Source: Thermoplasmatota archaeon (GTDB taxonomy: Archaea; Thermoplasmatota; Penumbrarchaeia; Penumbrarchaeales; Penumbrarchaeaceae). From it: a stretch of 64,000 bases of DNA. Positions 45,168-55,737 of the stretch are shown here, piece after piece. A program made the translations under genes and the position numbers. Positions within the stretch are counted from its first letter, which is position 1; every line of letters starts with the position of its first letter. The stretch lies in assembly GCA_049472215.1 (NCBI GenBank), contig JBLIRH010000003.1, positions 7,084 through 71,083 on the forward strand. Reading direction: 5' to 3'. The notes under the pieces were generated by a model, which was given only the letters and a program-made list of their open reading frames with translations, had not been told where the DNA came from and searched no databases.

Positions 45168-45223
45168 CGAACCAGGATCACCTCTTTTGATCGCTTCCGG
45201 CCTCAATCGATAATGAATTATTC

Positions 45224-45706
45224 ATGCGCTCCTTACCTGTGACCGGTGGTTGCCAGGTGAGGTCGTACGATGATCTGGAACTCGTAAAGATAACGACCAA
45301 GGACCGGAGCCTTGAAGAGTTCGAGATAAGAAGGAACGTTTTCATCGTAGAACAAAGGGTAGACCCTGAAATAGAGTTCGATGAGCACGAGTCAGATTCG
45401 ATCCACTTTCTCCTCCTGAAGAATAAGTTACCGATCGGATGTGCTCGGTACAGGTGGGAAGGAAGCGACATCAAACTGGAAAGGTTCGCCGTTCTGAAAG
45501 AGGGTCGGGGAAAAGGATACGGCAGGTTTATCATGGAAAGGATGCTTGAGGAAGTGCTCCCTCTTGGACCTGACCGCATCTTCCTGCACTCCCAGACATC
45601 AGCAGCTGGTTTTTACGGAAGGTTCGGTTTCGAACCGTCGGGAGAGATATTCGACGAGGCAAACATCGACCATATCAGAATGATCTACAAAGGCCGGGAG
45701 AAATGA
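45224..45706 (+). CDS. GNAT-family N-acetyltransferase
   Basis: IRRNVFIVEQRV...LERFAVLKEGRGKGYGRFIMERMLEE contains the acetyl-CoA-binding R/Q-x-x-G-x-G/A motif. Its stop overlaps the pepF start (ATGA). Confidence 0.8.
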   Translation: MRSLPVTGGCQVRSYDDLELVKITTKDRSLEEFEIRRNVFIVEQRVDPEIEFDEHESDSIHFLLLKNKLPIGCARYRWEGSDIKLERFAVLKEGRGKGYGRFIMERMLEEVLPLGPDRIFLHSQTSAAGFYGRFGFEPSGEIFDEANIDHIRMIYKGREK

Positions 45707-47508
45707 AGATGGGAGGAAGGAAAGAGGTTCCCTCCAGGGACAGCATCGATGACGAACATAAATGGGACCTTGCACCGCTATACAATAATCCTGATGCTTG
45801 GGAAACCGAGTACAAGGATGTCGAAGCATCCTACCCTAAATTCCTGAAATTCAAGGGAAGGTTGAAGGAAAGCAACGATGTCATTGCGGATTATATCAGA
45901 TTCTCAGACGAACTCTCGAGAAAGCTGGAGAGGGTCTACACCTGGGCGCATCTGAAACACGATGAGGACCTGAACGACGGAGGGTTCCAATCGATGTACG
46001 ACCGGGTCATAAACCTCATGGTCCGGATAGAAACGGAGACATCCTTCTTCGTCCCGGAGCTCCTATCCCTCCCGGAGGACAGGTTGAAGGGACTGCTCGA
46101 GGACCCGGTCCTCGAATTCGCATGGGTCCCCCTTCGCTCCATAATCAGGACCAGGGAACATTTCCTATCGGAAAAGGAAGAAAAGCTCCTGGCAATGGCC
46201 GATGATGTTCTGGATGCTTCATCGAAGACCTACCGGATGCTGAACGATGCCGACCTCAAGTTCCCCACCATAAAGGATGAGGAAGGGAACGAGATCGAGA
46301 TCTCTCACGGAAGGTTCGTTGGCCTCATGATGAGCGGTGATCGGGAGGTCAGGAAAAGGACGCTGGAAGAATTCTTTTCATCCTACGGGTCCCACAGGAA
46401 CACCTTCACTTCGATCCTGGAAGGCGAGCTGAAGAAGAGGGCGTTCCTCGCAAAAGCCCGCAATTACCCTTCCGCCCTTCATGCCTCTCTCGACAGCGAC
46501 GAGGTCACCCCCGACCTCTACAATTCGTTGATCGATGCCGTTCACGGGTCGTTCGGGGACTTCTACCGCTACGTTGAGCTGAGGAAGAAAGCCCTCGGGG
46601 TAAAGGAACTTCACATGTACGACGTCTACGTCTCGTTGGTCAAGGAGTTCAAAAGGAAGGTACCCTTCGAGGAGGCAAAGGAGCTGGTCCTTGAGGCGCT
46701 TGCCCCTCTGGGGAGCGATATTCTCGATATTGTGAAGGAGGGCCTGTCCTCAAGATGGATAGACATATACGAGAACAGGGGAAAAAGGTCTGGAGCCTAT
46801 TCCTCCGGTTGTTATGATTCTCCCCCCTATATCCTGATGAACTACGATGAGAACATAAGGGAGCTCTTCACACTTGCTCATGAAATGGGGCATTCAGTAC
46901 ATTCATATCTTTCGAACAGGAACCAACCCCATATCACAGCCGACTACAAGATCTTCGTGGCAGAAGTAGCCTCGACCGTGAACGAGATCCTTCTCCTGAA
47001 CCATCTGATGAAGATCTGGACAGGGAATGAAGAGCAGACCTATCTGGTGAACCATTATCTGGAAAGCTTCAAGGGGACGGTTTTCAGGCAGACGATGTTC
47101 TCGGAGTTCGAAAGGGATGTCCAGGCGCTTGTGGAAGAGGGAACCCCCCTGACACCTGACCTGCTCTGCGAGAATTACGGTAAGCTCAACAAGAACTTCT
47201 TTGGACCATCCATGGTCATCGATAAGGAACTGGAGCTCGAATGGGCCAGGATACCGCACTTTTACTACAATTTCTATGTTTACAAGTATGCAACCAGCTT
47301 CTGTGTCGCAAATGCGATAGCGACGAGGATACTCGAGGGTGACAAAGAGCAGCTTGACAGATACATTTCCCTGTTGAAGGCAGGGGGATCCAAACCACCT
47401 GTCGAACTTCTATTGGGTGCGGGAGTGGACCTGCGCACGACCGAACCGATAACCGAGGCTTTGAATGTCTTTGGCGACCTCGTCAAGAGGATGGAGAGCC
47501 TTATCTGA
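45703..47508 (+). CDS. pepF: Oligoendopeptidase F (M3B metallopeptidase)
   Basis: 601 aa with HExxH (LAHEMGHSVH) and typical PepF length and layout. Confidence 0.85.
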   Translation: MKMGGRKEVPSRDSIDDEHKWDLAPLYNNPDAWETEYKDVEASYPKFLKFKGRLKESNDVIADYIRFSDELSRKLERVYTWAHLKHDEDLNDGGFQSMYDRVINLMVRIETETSFFVPELLSLPEDRLKGLLEDPVLEFAWVPLRSIIRTREHFLSEKEEKLLAMADDVLDASSKTYRMLNDADLKFPTIKDEEGNEIEISHGRFVGLMMSGDREVRKRTLEEFFSSYGSHRNTFTSILEGELKKRAFLAKARNYPSALHASLDSDEVTPDLYNSLIDAVHGSFGDFYRYVELRKKALGVKELHMYDVYVSLVKEFKRKVPFEEAKELVLEALAPLGSDILDIVKEGLSSRWIDIYENRGKRSGAYSSGCYDSPPYILMNYDENIRELFTLAHEMGHSVHSYLSNRNQPHITADYKIFVAEVASTVNEILLLNHLMKIWTGNEEQTYLVNHYLESFKGTVFRQTMFSEFERDVQALVEEGTPLTPDLLCENYGKLNKNFFGPSMVIDKELELEWARIPHFYYNFYVYKYATSFCVANAIATRILEGDKEQLDRYISLLKAGGSKPPVELLLGAGVDLRTTEPITEALNVFGDLVKRMESLI

Positions 47509-47509
47509 T

Positions 47510-48805
47510 TCACTTCGGCTTGTGATGGCCCCACTTTTGAAGCGCCAGTGCGAGTTCAGGAGAGGTTCTCGCCTTTTCCTCAAGGGTGAGTCCCTCATTA
47601 TGGGCCTCGATAGCCTGGATCGAAGCTTTCGCACCCGCTCGGGTCCCCTTTGGATGCCCGTGTATACCTCCGCTGACGAGGATCACGAGCTCGCTGCCAT
47701 AAATATCCAGAACATCGGGAACAAGGCCAGGATGGAGACCACCTGAAGCCACCGGGAATGCGGTCTTTATCGATCCCCAATCCTGAGGGAGGAGAAGCTT
47801 TCCTGTCTCCTTGACCACCTTCTCCCTGAGCACATCGGCCAGGGCCTTCACCTCGACCCTGTCCCCGACGAGCTTACCCACCGCTGTTCCGGTATGTATC
47901 TGGTTCACTCCTATCAACCTCATCATCTTGGCAATGAACTGCATTGTAAGTCCGTGTTTTGGGTTCCTGTCAAAAGCCGCATGCATAGCCCTGTGGGCAT
48001 GGATAGCCATGCCCAGATCTCTGAGATGCTCCCTTATCGTCTGAACGCCTGCATATCCTACGATCACCACATCGACCATGGCAAATCTGAAACCGTGATC
48101 GTGAAGAAGGTCCGCCCTCCGCTTCATCTCATCCACTTCCGCGGTGATGTTGATGTATGCATCCTTGATCTGGCCGGTCTTTGCTTCTGCCTTGTCCCTG
48201 TACCTCGCCAGGAGCTCCACCCTTTTATCGAACTTGTTGAAGACCGTCGAGGTCAGATTCTCGTCGTCCTTGACGAAATCAAAACCGCCCATCCATGTCT
48301 CGTAACCTATCTTGGCATGCTCGAGGGCCGAGAAACCTATCTTGGGTTTCGGCACCGCCCCTGTAAGAGGACGGTCATGGACCTTCATTATCCTGCGGAT
48401 GCCCTTCATCGAATAATTGGGTCCCTTGAAGCTTGAAATATACTTGTCCGGGAGGGTAGCATCTATCAGCCTGAGGTTCTCGACACCCTTCATTCCGAAG
48501 ATGTTACCTGCGATACCCGAAAGGAGCTGGCATGCGTTGCCTCTTTCCCAGAGGTCCAACGGATAGGCGACCTTGAGATAGTTTCCCTCCATCTCGAAAG
48601 CTGTAGCCTGAAGACCTCTCATCCTTGGAGGCAGCTGCGACAAGGTCGTCCAGGTTCCGGTAGAGCTTTCGGAAGCGATCCTTCCCGCTGTTTCCTTCTT
48701 TGACATCCCGGCGGGAGGTTCAAAGTAAAAAAGGACTATGATCTCGGATCTGTCCGGCTTGTAGCCCAGATCGACGAACTGGTCGTACCAGTCTATCTTG
48801 GTCAT
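47510..48805 (-). CDS. rbcL: Ribulose-1,5-bisphosphate carboxylase large subunit, form III (archaeal type)
   Basis: Catalytic motifs are present: VPKPKIG, GGFDFVKDDENL (carbamylated Lys), IHAHRAMHAAF, and SGGLHPG/GGIHGHP. No small-subunit gene is nearby. Confidence 0.9.
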   Translation of the reverse strand: MTKIDWYDQFVDLGYKPDRSEIIVLFYFEPPAGMSKKETAGRIASESSTGTWTTLSQLPPRMRGLQATAFEMEGNYLKVAYPLDLWERGNACQLLSGIAGNIFGMKGVENLRLIDATLPDKYISSFKGPNYSMKGIRRIMKVHDRPLTGAVPKPKIGFSALEHAKIGYETWMGGFDFVKDDENLTSTVFNKFDKRVELLARYRDKAEAKTGQIKDAYINITAEVDEMKRRADLLHDHGFRFAMVDVVIVGYAGVQTIREHLRDLGMAIHAHRAMHAAFDRNPKHGLTMQFIAKMMRLIGVNQIHTGTAVGKLVGDRVEVKALADVLREKVVKETGKLLLPQDWGSIKTAFPVASGGLHPGLVPDVLDIYGSELVILVSGGIHGHPKGTRAGAKASIQAIEAHNEGLTLEEKARTSPELALALQKWGHHKPK

Positions 48806-49202
48806 GAGCTGTAATAGGAAAGGTCCGGTATAAACCTTGATACTGATAATTTATCGCCGTTCCATCTTTCCATGGTATCTCCTTTGGCCCTGCTGAAGCA
48901 AAATGCTTATATCTGATGTCCACATGGGTGCATTTGACGCATAGGCAAGGATAGATAAGAATGGACGGGGAAACAATATCCCCTGGTTCCAATGACATGT
49001 CTACAGGACCCGGATGCTGGATGCATCCGAACGCTTTCGATGAGGACATCAATTGGGGGCCCTTTGGCGAAGGTCGGTCCGGGAAAGGACCAGGAACCAG
49101 GGTCGAGAACAGGATCCAAAATGATGATTACGATGCATCTATCGTTCTTTTTCGTATCTTGATGTCTCCTGACCTATGCGCACATGGATCAGGTGATACA
49201 CT

Positions 49203-51461
49203 ATGGCAATAGAGAGGTTCGAGACGGACTACTCTGGAAAGAAATTGATAATCGAAACGGGCAGGATGGCCCATCAGGCCGATGCGGCTGTAATGGCAAG
49301 GGTCGGCGACACGATGGTCCTGGCCACGGTCTGCATGTCAAAATATGCCAGGGAAGGGATGGATTTCTTCCCTCTAATGGTAGATTACGAGGAGAGATAC
49401 TCGGCCGTGGGAAAGATCAAGGGACCGAGGTTCCTCAAGCGAGAGGGCAGACCCTCGACCGAGGCTGTGCTAACTGGAAGAATGATCGACCGTGGGTTGA
49501 GACCCTTGTTCCCGGACGGGCTCCGGAACGAGGTCCAGGTCATCATCATGCCACTTAGCGTTGACGGTGAGAACAAGCCGGACATAGTCGGAATGATCGC
49601 AGCCACGATCGCCCTTGAGATCTCCAATGTCCCCTTCGACGGGCCCATAACGGGATGCCGCGTTGGACTCGTGGGCGGGGATTTCGTTGTGAATCCCACT
49701 GTGGACGAGATCGAGTTCTCGGAGATCAACCTTGTCGTCATGGGCGACGGAAAGAGGATCACTATGGTCGACTGTGATGCCAAGGAGCTCGATGACGAAT
49801 ACTCGCTTAAGGCCTTCGAGGAGGCCATGAAGGCGATGGACCCTATAACCAAGTTCATGAAGGACATCTCCAAGAAAGTGGGCAAACCAAAGACAAAACG
49901 CGAAGACCTCAAATGGCGCGGGGAGGCATCGGATGAAGAGGTCAAGATCATGGACAAGATCAAGAAGAAGGCCATCAAGGATCTCGACAAGTATCTCTTC
50001 AACCAACCCGTCGGGTCAAAAGGGGAGAGGAAGGCCATAATCAGCGAGCTCGAGGATAAACTCGTGGAAGAGTTCAAGGGGAAGCTCAAGACGAAGGAGC
50101 GGTCGGAGGAGGAGACAGAGAAATATCTCCATACCCTGATCTCCAATTTCTTCTTCGACTTCATCGAGGAGCAGGTTACCCTCGCTATTCTGAACGAGGA
50201 CAAGAGGGTCGACGGTAGGAAGCTCGACCAGATAAGACCGCTCTCGGCCGAGGTCGGCCTCGTGCCCAGGGCTCACGGCTCCGGTCTCTTCTCAAGAGGT
50301 GAAACGCAGATCCTCAGCTTTGTCACCCTCGGTGCTCCCGGCGACGATCTGATAATTGAATCGATGGAGACCGATGACAAGAAAAAATACTTCCATCACT
50401 ATAATTTCCTGCCCTTCTCGGTAGGAGAGGTCAAACCCCTCAGGGGAGCCGGAAGGAGGGAGATCGGACATGGCGCACTTGCCGAGAAGGCTCTCCTGCC
50501 AGTTCTTCCGAGGCTCGACCAATTCCCTTACACAATAAGGGTCGTCTCCGAGGTAATGGGATCAAATGGCTCCTCATCAATGGGCTCAACTGTCGGTTCC
50601 ACTCTGGCATTAATGGATGCGGGTGTTCCGATAAGCAAACCCGTTGCCGGCATCGCTATGGGACTTGCCTCCGACGGTAAGAAATACAAGATACTCACCG
50701 ACCTTCAGGACCTTGAGGATGGAAAGGGAGGTATGGACTTCAAGTTCACGTCAACAGAAAGCGGGATAACAGCCATCCAGATGGACACGAAGACCCCGGG
50801 CCTCACCATCCAGATGATCAGGGATACCTTCCCCCAGATGAGAAAGGCCGTAAACGAGATCCTCCAGGTGGTAAAGACCGCCATCCCGGAGCCTAAGAAG
50901 GAACTTTCGGATTTCGCTCCGAGAATAATCTCGCTGAAGATCGACACCGAAAAGATCGGTGAGGTCATCGGTCCGGGAGGAAAGGTCATCCGGGGTCTAT
51001 GCGAAGATTACAGTGTTCAGATCGATGTCGAGGACGACGGTACGGTAATGATCACATCCACGGACTCCGCCAACGCAAAGCAGGTCGAGGGCATCATAAA
51101 GAGCATCGTCAGGGAGATCGAGGTCGGGGACATCTTCGAGGACGCCGAGGTCGTCAAGATCATGCCTTTCGGGGCTTTCGTACGTCTCACTCCGAAGACC
51201 GACGGGCTGCTCCATGTATCCGAACTTGACTGGACCCACGTGGATAAAGTTACTGACAAGGTACAGGTCGGCGACAGGGTCCGGGTCAAGGTCATCGAGA
51301 TCGATAGGGGCAAGGTCGAGGTTTCCCTGAGGGCGCTGACGCCGAGACCGGCTGACGTCGAAGTGAGAAGCAGAAGGGACCAGAGACGGTCCGGACCCCC
51401 AAGGAGACCTCAGAGAAGGGACGGTCAGAAACCGAGACGAGGCCCCCCGAAGAAACGATAG
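49203..51461 (+). CDS. pnp: Polyribonucleotide nucleotidyltransferase (PNPase) with KH and S1 domains and an R/P-rich tail
   Basis: 752 aa with two RNase PH-like halves (FPLMVDYEERYSAVGKIKGPRFLKREGRPS; FHHYNFLPFSVGE...GRREIGHGALAE). KH domain (IGEVIGPGGKVIR). S1 domain (GDIFEDAEVVKIMPFGAFVRL). C-terminal RRDQRRSGPPRRPQRRDGQKPRRGPPKKR. Confidence 0.9.
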   Translation: MAIERFETDYSGKKLIIETGRMAHQADAAVMARVGDTMVLATVCMSKYAREGMDFFPLMVDYEERYSAVGKIKGPRFLKREGRPSTEAVLTGRMIDRGLRPLFPDGLRNEVQVIIMPLSVDGENKPDIVGMIAATIALEISNVPFDGPITGCRVGLVGGDFVVNPTVDEIEFSEINLVVMGDGKRITMVDCDAKELDDEYSLKAFEEAMKAMDPITKFMKDISKKVGKPKTKREDLKWRGEASDEEVKIMDKIKKKAIKDLDKYLFNQPVGSKGERKAIISELEDKLVEEFKGKLKTKERSEEETEKYLHTLISNFFFDFIEEQVTLAILNEDKRVDGRKLDQIRPLSAEVGLVPRAHGSGLFSRGETQILSFVTLGAPGDDLIIESMETDDKKKYFHHYNFLPFSVGEVKPLRGAGRREIGHGALAEKALLPVLPRLDQFPYTIRVVSEVMGSNGSSSMGSTVGSTLALMDAGVPISKPVAGIAMGLASDGKKYKILTDLQDLEDGKGGMDFKFTSTESGITAIQMDTKTPGLTIQMIRDTFPQMRKAVNEILQVVKTAIPEPKKELSDFAPRIISLKIDTEKIGEVIGPGGKVIRGLCEDYSVQIDVEDDGTVMITSTDSANAKQVEGIIKSIVREIEVGDIFEDAEVVKIMPFGAFVRLTPKTDGLLHVSELDWTHVDKVTDKVQVGDRVRVKVIEIDRGKVEVSLRALTPRPADVEVRSRRDQRRSGPPRRPQRRDGQKPRRGPPKKR

Positions 51462-51581
51462 GATCGAGTCCCCACGTCCGAACTGGCACTCGAACAACCC
51501 CTTCAGCGTTAGCTTCGCCTCTGACCCCCATAATATATTTATAGGGCGAACCTGTCCACGATGGGAGAAGGAGGGATCGAA

Positions 51582-52388
51582 ATGTCATCGGGGATCAGCG
51601 CACCGATCGTCCAGGGAAAGGACATCGTAAAGATTTACGACACCGGTTCGGTTAAGGTCGAAGCACTTAGAGGAATTGACCTCGTTGTGAAGAAGGGGGA
51701 AATGGTCGCTGTGATGGGACCTTCGGGTTGCGGGAAGACAACACTTCTGAACTGCCTGTCAGGCCTCGACGAGACCACCTCCGGGAAGGTTTACGTCGAA
51801 GGTACCGACCTGGCGTTGATGAAGGACGATGAGAGGACCGAATACAGGGCAAGACACATGGGTTTCGTCTTTCAGTTCTATAATCTGCTTCCGGTCCTAA
51901 CAGCCGTCGAGAACGTGGAGATGGTCCTGCTTCTGTCAGGCATAAAACCCAAGGAGGCCAGGCAGAGGGCCGAAAAGGCCCTCGAGGTGGTCGGATTGAA
52001 GGGATACGAGAAACACCGGCCCTCCCAGCTCTCAGGAGGTCAGAGACAGAGGGTGACCCTTGCAAGGGCTCTTGTCAACGATCCGAAGATCGTATGGGGG
52101 GACGAGCCCACAGGCGATCTTGACAAGAAGAACTCCAACGACGTGATGGTGATGATGCAGAAGCTCAACCAGAAGCTGCAGATGACCTTCGTCATCGTCA
52201 CCCACGATCCCGATGTGGCCGCCATGTGCAGGAGGATCATCCACATGGAGGACGGCAAGATCGTCAAGGACGTTCCGATCACGGCAAAGGATGCACTGGT
52301 ACATCCAAAGGGTATCTCATATGGCGACTGCGGGGACAGGACCACTGGAGCTGCCAGGATATCGCTGCAGGAAAAAGCATCGATGTGA
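51582..52388 (+). CDS. ABC transporter ATP-binding subunit, MacB/LolD/FtsE-like
   Basis: Walker [10 protein letters not shown], signature [15 protein letters not shown] and Walker [12 protein letters not shown] prefer ATG 51582 after GAAGGAGGG over the track start 51561. Confidence 0.85.
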   Translation: MSSGISAPIVQGKDIVKIYDTGSVKVEALRGIDLVVKKGEMVAVMGPSGCGKTTLLNCLSGLDETTSGKVYVEGTDLALMKDDERTEYRARHMGFVFQFYNLLPVLTAVENVEMVLLLSGIKPKEARQRAEKALEVVGLKGYEKHRPSQLSGGQRQRVTLARALVNDPKIVWGDEPTGDLDKKNSNDVMVMMQKLNQKLQMTFVIVTHDPDVAAMCRRIIHMEDGKIVKDVPITAKDALVHPKGISYGDCGDRTTGAARISLQEKASM

Positions 52389-52401
52389 GGGGGGAATATA
52401 G

Positions 52402-55400
52402 TTGGGATTCGGGAGGTGGATGTCGGAGCATATCGGGGAGCTGGTACTTGTCGGCATCTTGTTCTTGATGACACCCATGGTGTTCGTCGGATTCCTGGTC
52501 CCCACCGATTACAGGGGGATCTTCCTGATCCCGGCCCTGTTCTTCCTGATCCTGCTCTTCATCGTGATCCTGATCCTGGCCCTTTCCAACAAGCTCCAGT
52601 TGATGATGGGATTGAGGAACCTTGTCAGGCACAAGAGCGACACGGTGATAGCGATCCTCGGTTTCATGATCGGCACATCGATAATCTGCTCATCCCTGGC
52701 TATCGGGGATACCATGAGCAATATGATAGAATCATTGGTCTACGATACCTATTATCTCCGGGATGAATATCTTTATGTAACCGACGAAGAGGGAGGAAGC
52801 TATCTCTGGGATGGCGACAACGCCACCATGATATCCGACCTTGTTTGGTCCCTCAACGAGAACGAAACACTGATCGACGGGGTTTCATGGGAACTTCTCT
52901 TCTCCGCTCCGGTCAGCAACGAGAAGAACAATCTCTTCGAACCGATAGTTTCCCTGAAAGCCTTCAGTCCGGAAACCGAAAGCGCTTTCGGATCCCTCGA
53001 AAGGTTCGGGGTCCCTGTGGAATATGACCTTGGCATGGATGAGGTCTTCATCACCGACGAGGTTTCCAGGATCATAGAGGCGGATGTCGGGGACGATCTC
53101 CGGATCTCATCGGAGACCTACATGGGAGGCAGGGTCTTCAAGGTCAAGGAGATCGTGGACAGCGACGGTAGAGCTGCCTGGGGGAGCAACAATATCTTTC
53201 TTTCATTCCCCGCGCTTTGGGACCTGTTCAATATAACGAACGCAACAGCGGAGAATCCCGGTCTGAACAACAACTGGACCGGCGGATACTACAACATGCT
53301 TTTCATCTCCAACAAGGGCGGGGTTGTCAGCGGTGCCGATCTTTGCTCCAAGGTAGTGCGGCGACTGAACGAGAAGCTTGAGAAGATCCCGCACCCCGTT
53401 GATACCAGAAAGAACCTCGAGGTCACCTATGACAAGCAGTCCAACGTTGATATGGCGACATCACAGATGAGCCAGTTCACCACCATGTTCCTGACATTCG
53501 GTACCTTTTCCATAATTGCTGGCATCACCCTGATCATCAACATCTTCGTAATGCTGTCGGAGGAGAGGAAGGAGGAGATGGGTATCTCCAGGGCTGTCGG
53601 AATGAAGAAAAGGCACCTAAGAATGGTCTACCTCTTCGAGGGGACCGCCTATTCGTTCATGTCATCGTTCGTGGGAGTCATACTCGGTGCAATTACTGGA
53701 TACGGGATAATATTCGCCGTTCAGAAGATCATCGACTCCATGACCCAGGCGGAACTCGAGATCCTTGAATATTATACGGTCTCTCCCTTTTCACTGATAC
53801 TTGCATTCATCGGCGGTTTCTCCATAACCATTGGCACGACGATCCTCATTACCCAGCTAATTGCCAATCTGAACATCGTTTCGGCGATCAGGAACACCCC
53901 CATCCCAAAGGTCAAGGGAAAATTGATCGTATGGGCCTGGAAGAAGTTCGGGGCATGGGACCAGGCCATGATGACCGGGGACGGAACGACCAAGGCCAAG
54001 GTTATCAATTTCCTGTTCGACCGGGTTGTCCTGTCCGGGGCCATAATGTTCTTGATCGGGTCTTTTCTGTTCGTCATCGGATTCCTGACAGAACTCATAT
54101 GGCCCGTTTTCCTCGGGATCTCCCTCAACATCATCGGAATTGGACTTCTTATCAGGTTCTTTGCCAACGAGAGGATCACCTACAACATCGTCGCGGTTCT
54201 CATCCTCATAATATACATAATCCCCACACCGGAACCCGTTGCAAGCTTCGGAGCGAATCTGGAGATGTTCATCATCTCCGGGATCTTCATGGTCACAGCG
54301 GGTGTCCTGCTGCTCGTCTGGAACACGGACATCATCCTCTGGGGGATCGAGAAGGTCATCACGGCCATCAGAATGTCGCCGGCCGCCATCAAGATGGCTA
54401 TCTCATACCCGATAAAAAAGAGGTTCCGGACCGGGGTGACGATCTTCATGTTCGCCCTCATAATTTTCACCATAACGACGCTGTCCATGATGGTCCACAC
54501 CTTCAACATCAACATAAAGGAGATCGAAAAGGATGTTGGAGGAGGTTACGATATAATCGGGATATCGCTGTTCCCCATCGATAACATGGAAGAGGGGCTT
54601 CTCAGGGAAAAGGAACGCGGCAACAGCGATGCGTATGACCTGGTGGACTGGGACAGGACCGTTTCCCTCAAGCAGGGGATCCTTTACTACAATATGACGC
54701 TCCCCTTCGGAATGGGCAACCAAGAGGTCCAGACCGGCTGCGGCGGCATTTCGGACAAGTTCATCGAGACGAACAGGTACGGCTTCAATGATATCGCATG
54801 GGAGGTCATCGATCCGAACGGGTCCATGGAACGAAACGACAGGAACGTATGGAACGCGTTGAAGGATTCCCCCGATTGGGTCATTGTCGACAGCTCCTGG
54901 GGGGAGAACGAGTACGGCCCTCCCGGAATGGGATCGGCCCTGAAGGCTGGGGATAACATCTCCGTCGTAAGCGCAACAGGGGTCCAGTATAACAAGACCA
55001 TAATCGGCATCTCCAAACTCATGGGGTACCGTTCCGTATTCCTTTATGATACATATGCCGAGGAGCAATTCTCGGTACGGGACAAGGTGCTGCATCTCAT
55101 CAGTATAAGGGGCGATGTAGACACGAGGGAAGCCGCAAACGAACTGAGAAAGGCCCTTTATCTTTCCGGTTTCTATGCTATTGTTGTCGAGGAACTGCTG
55201 GAGCAGGTCCTCGAGATCCAGAACAACTTCTTCAACCTCTTCAAAGCGTTCCTCGCTCTTGGCCTCATCATCGGTATTGTCGGTCTTGGGATCGTGACAC
55301 TGAGGTCCGTTTACGAGAGAAGGCACGAGATCGGTATGATGAGGGCCATAGGTTTCAAGAGGCTGATGGTCGTGGGGGCGTTCCTCGGTGAATCCGCTTT

Positions 55401-55623
55401 CATCGCAGGATCAGGTCTCTTCATCGGGACCGTCCTGGGAATAATCCTCGGTTGGATACTGTGGAGGGACGAACTGAGGAAGGTCTTCCCCGAATTCGGT
55501 ATCCCGTGGGTGGAACTCCTGTTGATCGGCGGGGGTGCATTCCTGGTGGCCCTTCTCTCCTCGATCGCACCATCCCTGAAGGCTGCAAGGGTCATACCCG
55601 CAGAGGCACTGAGATACGAGTGA
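52402..55623 (+). CDS. Double FtsX-domain ABC permease (YbbP/MacB-type) with two large extracytoplasmic domains
   Basis: 1073 aa with two FtsX-like 4-TM bundles (about aa 390-510 and 950-1070), extra TMs between them, and about 300-aa and 200-aa loops. Starts 14 nt after the ATPase gene. Confidence 0.8.
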   Translation: MGFGRWMSEHIGELVLVGILFLMTPMVFVGFLVPTDYRGIFLIPALFFLILLFIVILILALSNKLQLMMGLRNLVRHKSDTVIAILGFMIGTSIICSSLAIGDTMSNMIESLVYDTYYLRDEYLYVTDEEGGSYLWDGDNATMISDLVWSLNENETLIDGVSWELLFSAPVSNEKNNLFEPIVSLKAFSPETESAFGSLERFGVPVEYDLGMDEVFITDEVSRIIEADVGDDLRISSETYMGGRVFKVKEIVDSDGRAAWGSNNIFLSFPALWDLFNITNATAENPGLNNNWTGGYYNMLFISNKGGVVSGADLCSKVVRRLNEKLEKIPHPVDTRKNLEVTYDKQSNVDMATSQMSQFTTMFLTFGTFSIIAGITLIINIFVMLSEERKEEMGISRAVGMKKRHLRMVYLFEGTAYSFMSSFVGVILGAITGYGIIFAVQKIIDSMTQAELEILEYYTVSPFSLILAFIGGFSITIGTTILITQLIANLNIVSAIRNTPIPKVKGKLIVWAWKKFGAWDQAMMTGDGTTKAKVINFLFDRVVLSGAIMFLIGSFLFVIGFLTELIWPVFLGISLNIIGIGLLIRFFANERITYNIVAVLILIIYIIPTPEPVASFGANLEMFIISGIFMVTAGVLLLVWNTDIILWGIEKVITAIRMSPAAIKMAISYPIKKRFRTGVTIFMFALIIFTITTLSMMVHTFNINIKEIEKDVGGGYDIIGISLFPIDNMEEGLLREKERGNSDAYDLVDWDRTVSLKQGILYYNMTLPFGMGNQEVQTGCGGISDKFIETNRYGFNDIAWEVIDPNGSMERNDRNVWNALKDSPDWVIVDSSWGENEYGPPGMGSALKAGDNISVVSATGVQYNKTIIGISKLMGYRSVFLYDTYAEEQFSVRDKVLHLISIRGDVDTREAANELRKALYLSGFYAIVVEELLEQVLEIQNNFFNLFKAFLALGLIIGIVGLGIVTLRSVYERRHEIGMMRAIGFKRLMVVGAFLGESAFIAGSGLFIGTVLGIILGWILWRDELRKVFPEFGIPWVELLLIGGGAFLVALLSSIAPSLKAARVIPAEALRYE

Positions 55624-55737
55624 TGTAAAGCCTTCTGTTGCCATAAATGAGGGGGCGGAGCATGCATATGTTCAACGTTCGTATGACAATCATTTTATAG
55701 TCTTGTCCAGGGTATTTTTTATGTTGGGGGCTCTATC

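Noticed and set aside
48817-48828. GGAAAGGTCCGG, which resembles the RNase P RNA CR-I motif GAGGAAAGUCCGG, in the rbcL-pnp intergenic region.
   Set aside because: It has one extra base, lies directly next to the rbcL start, and the surrounding ~400 bp lacks the other conserved RNase P elements and GC-rich helices. An ncRNA in this long spacer cannot be excluded, but I cannot support one.
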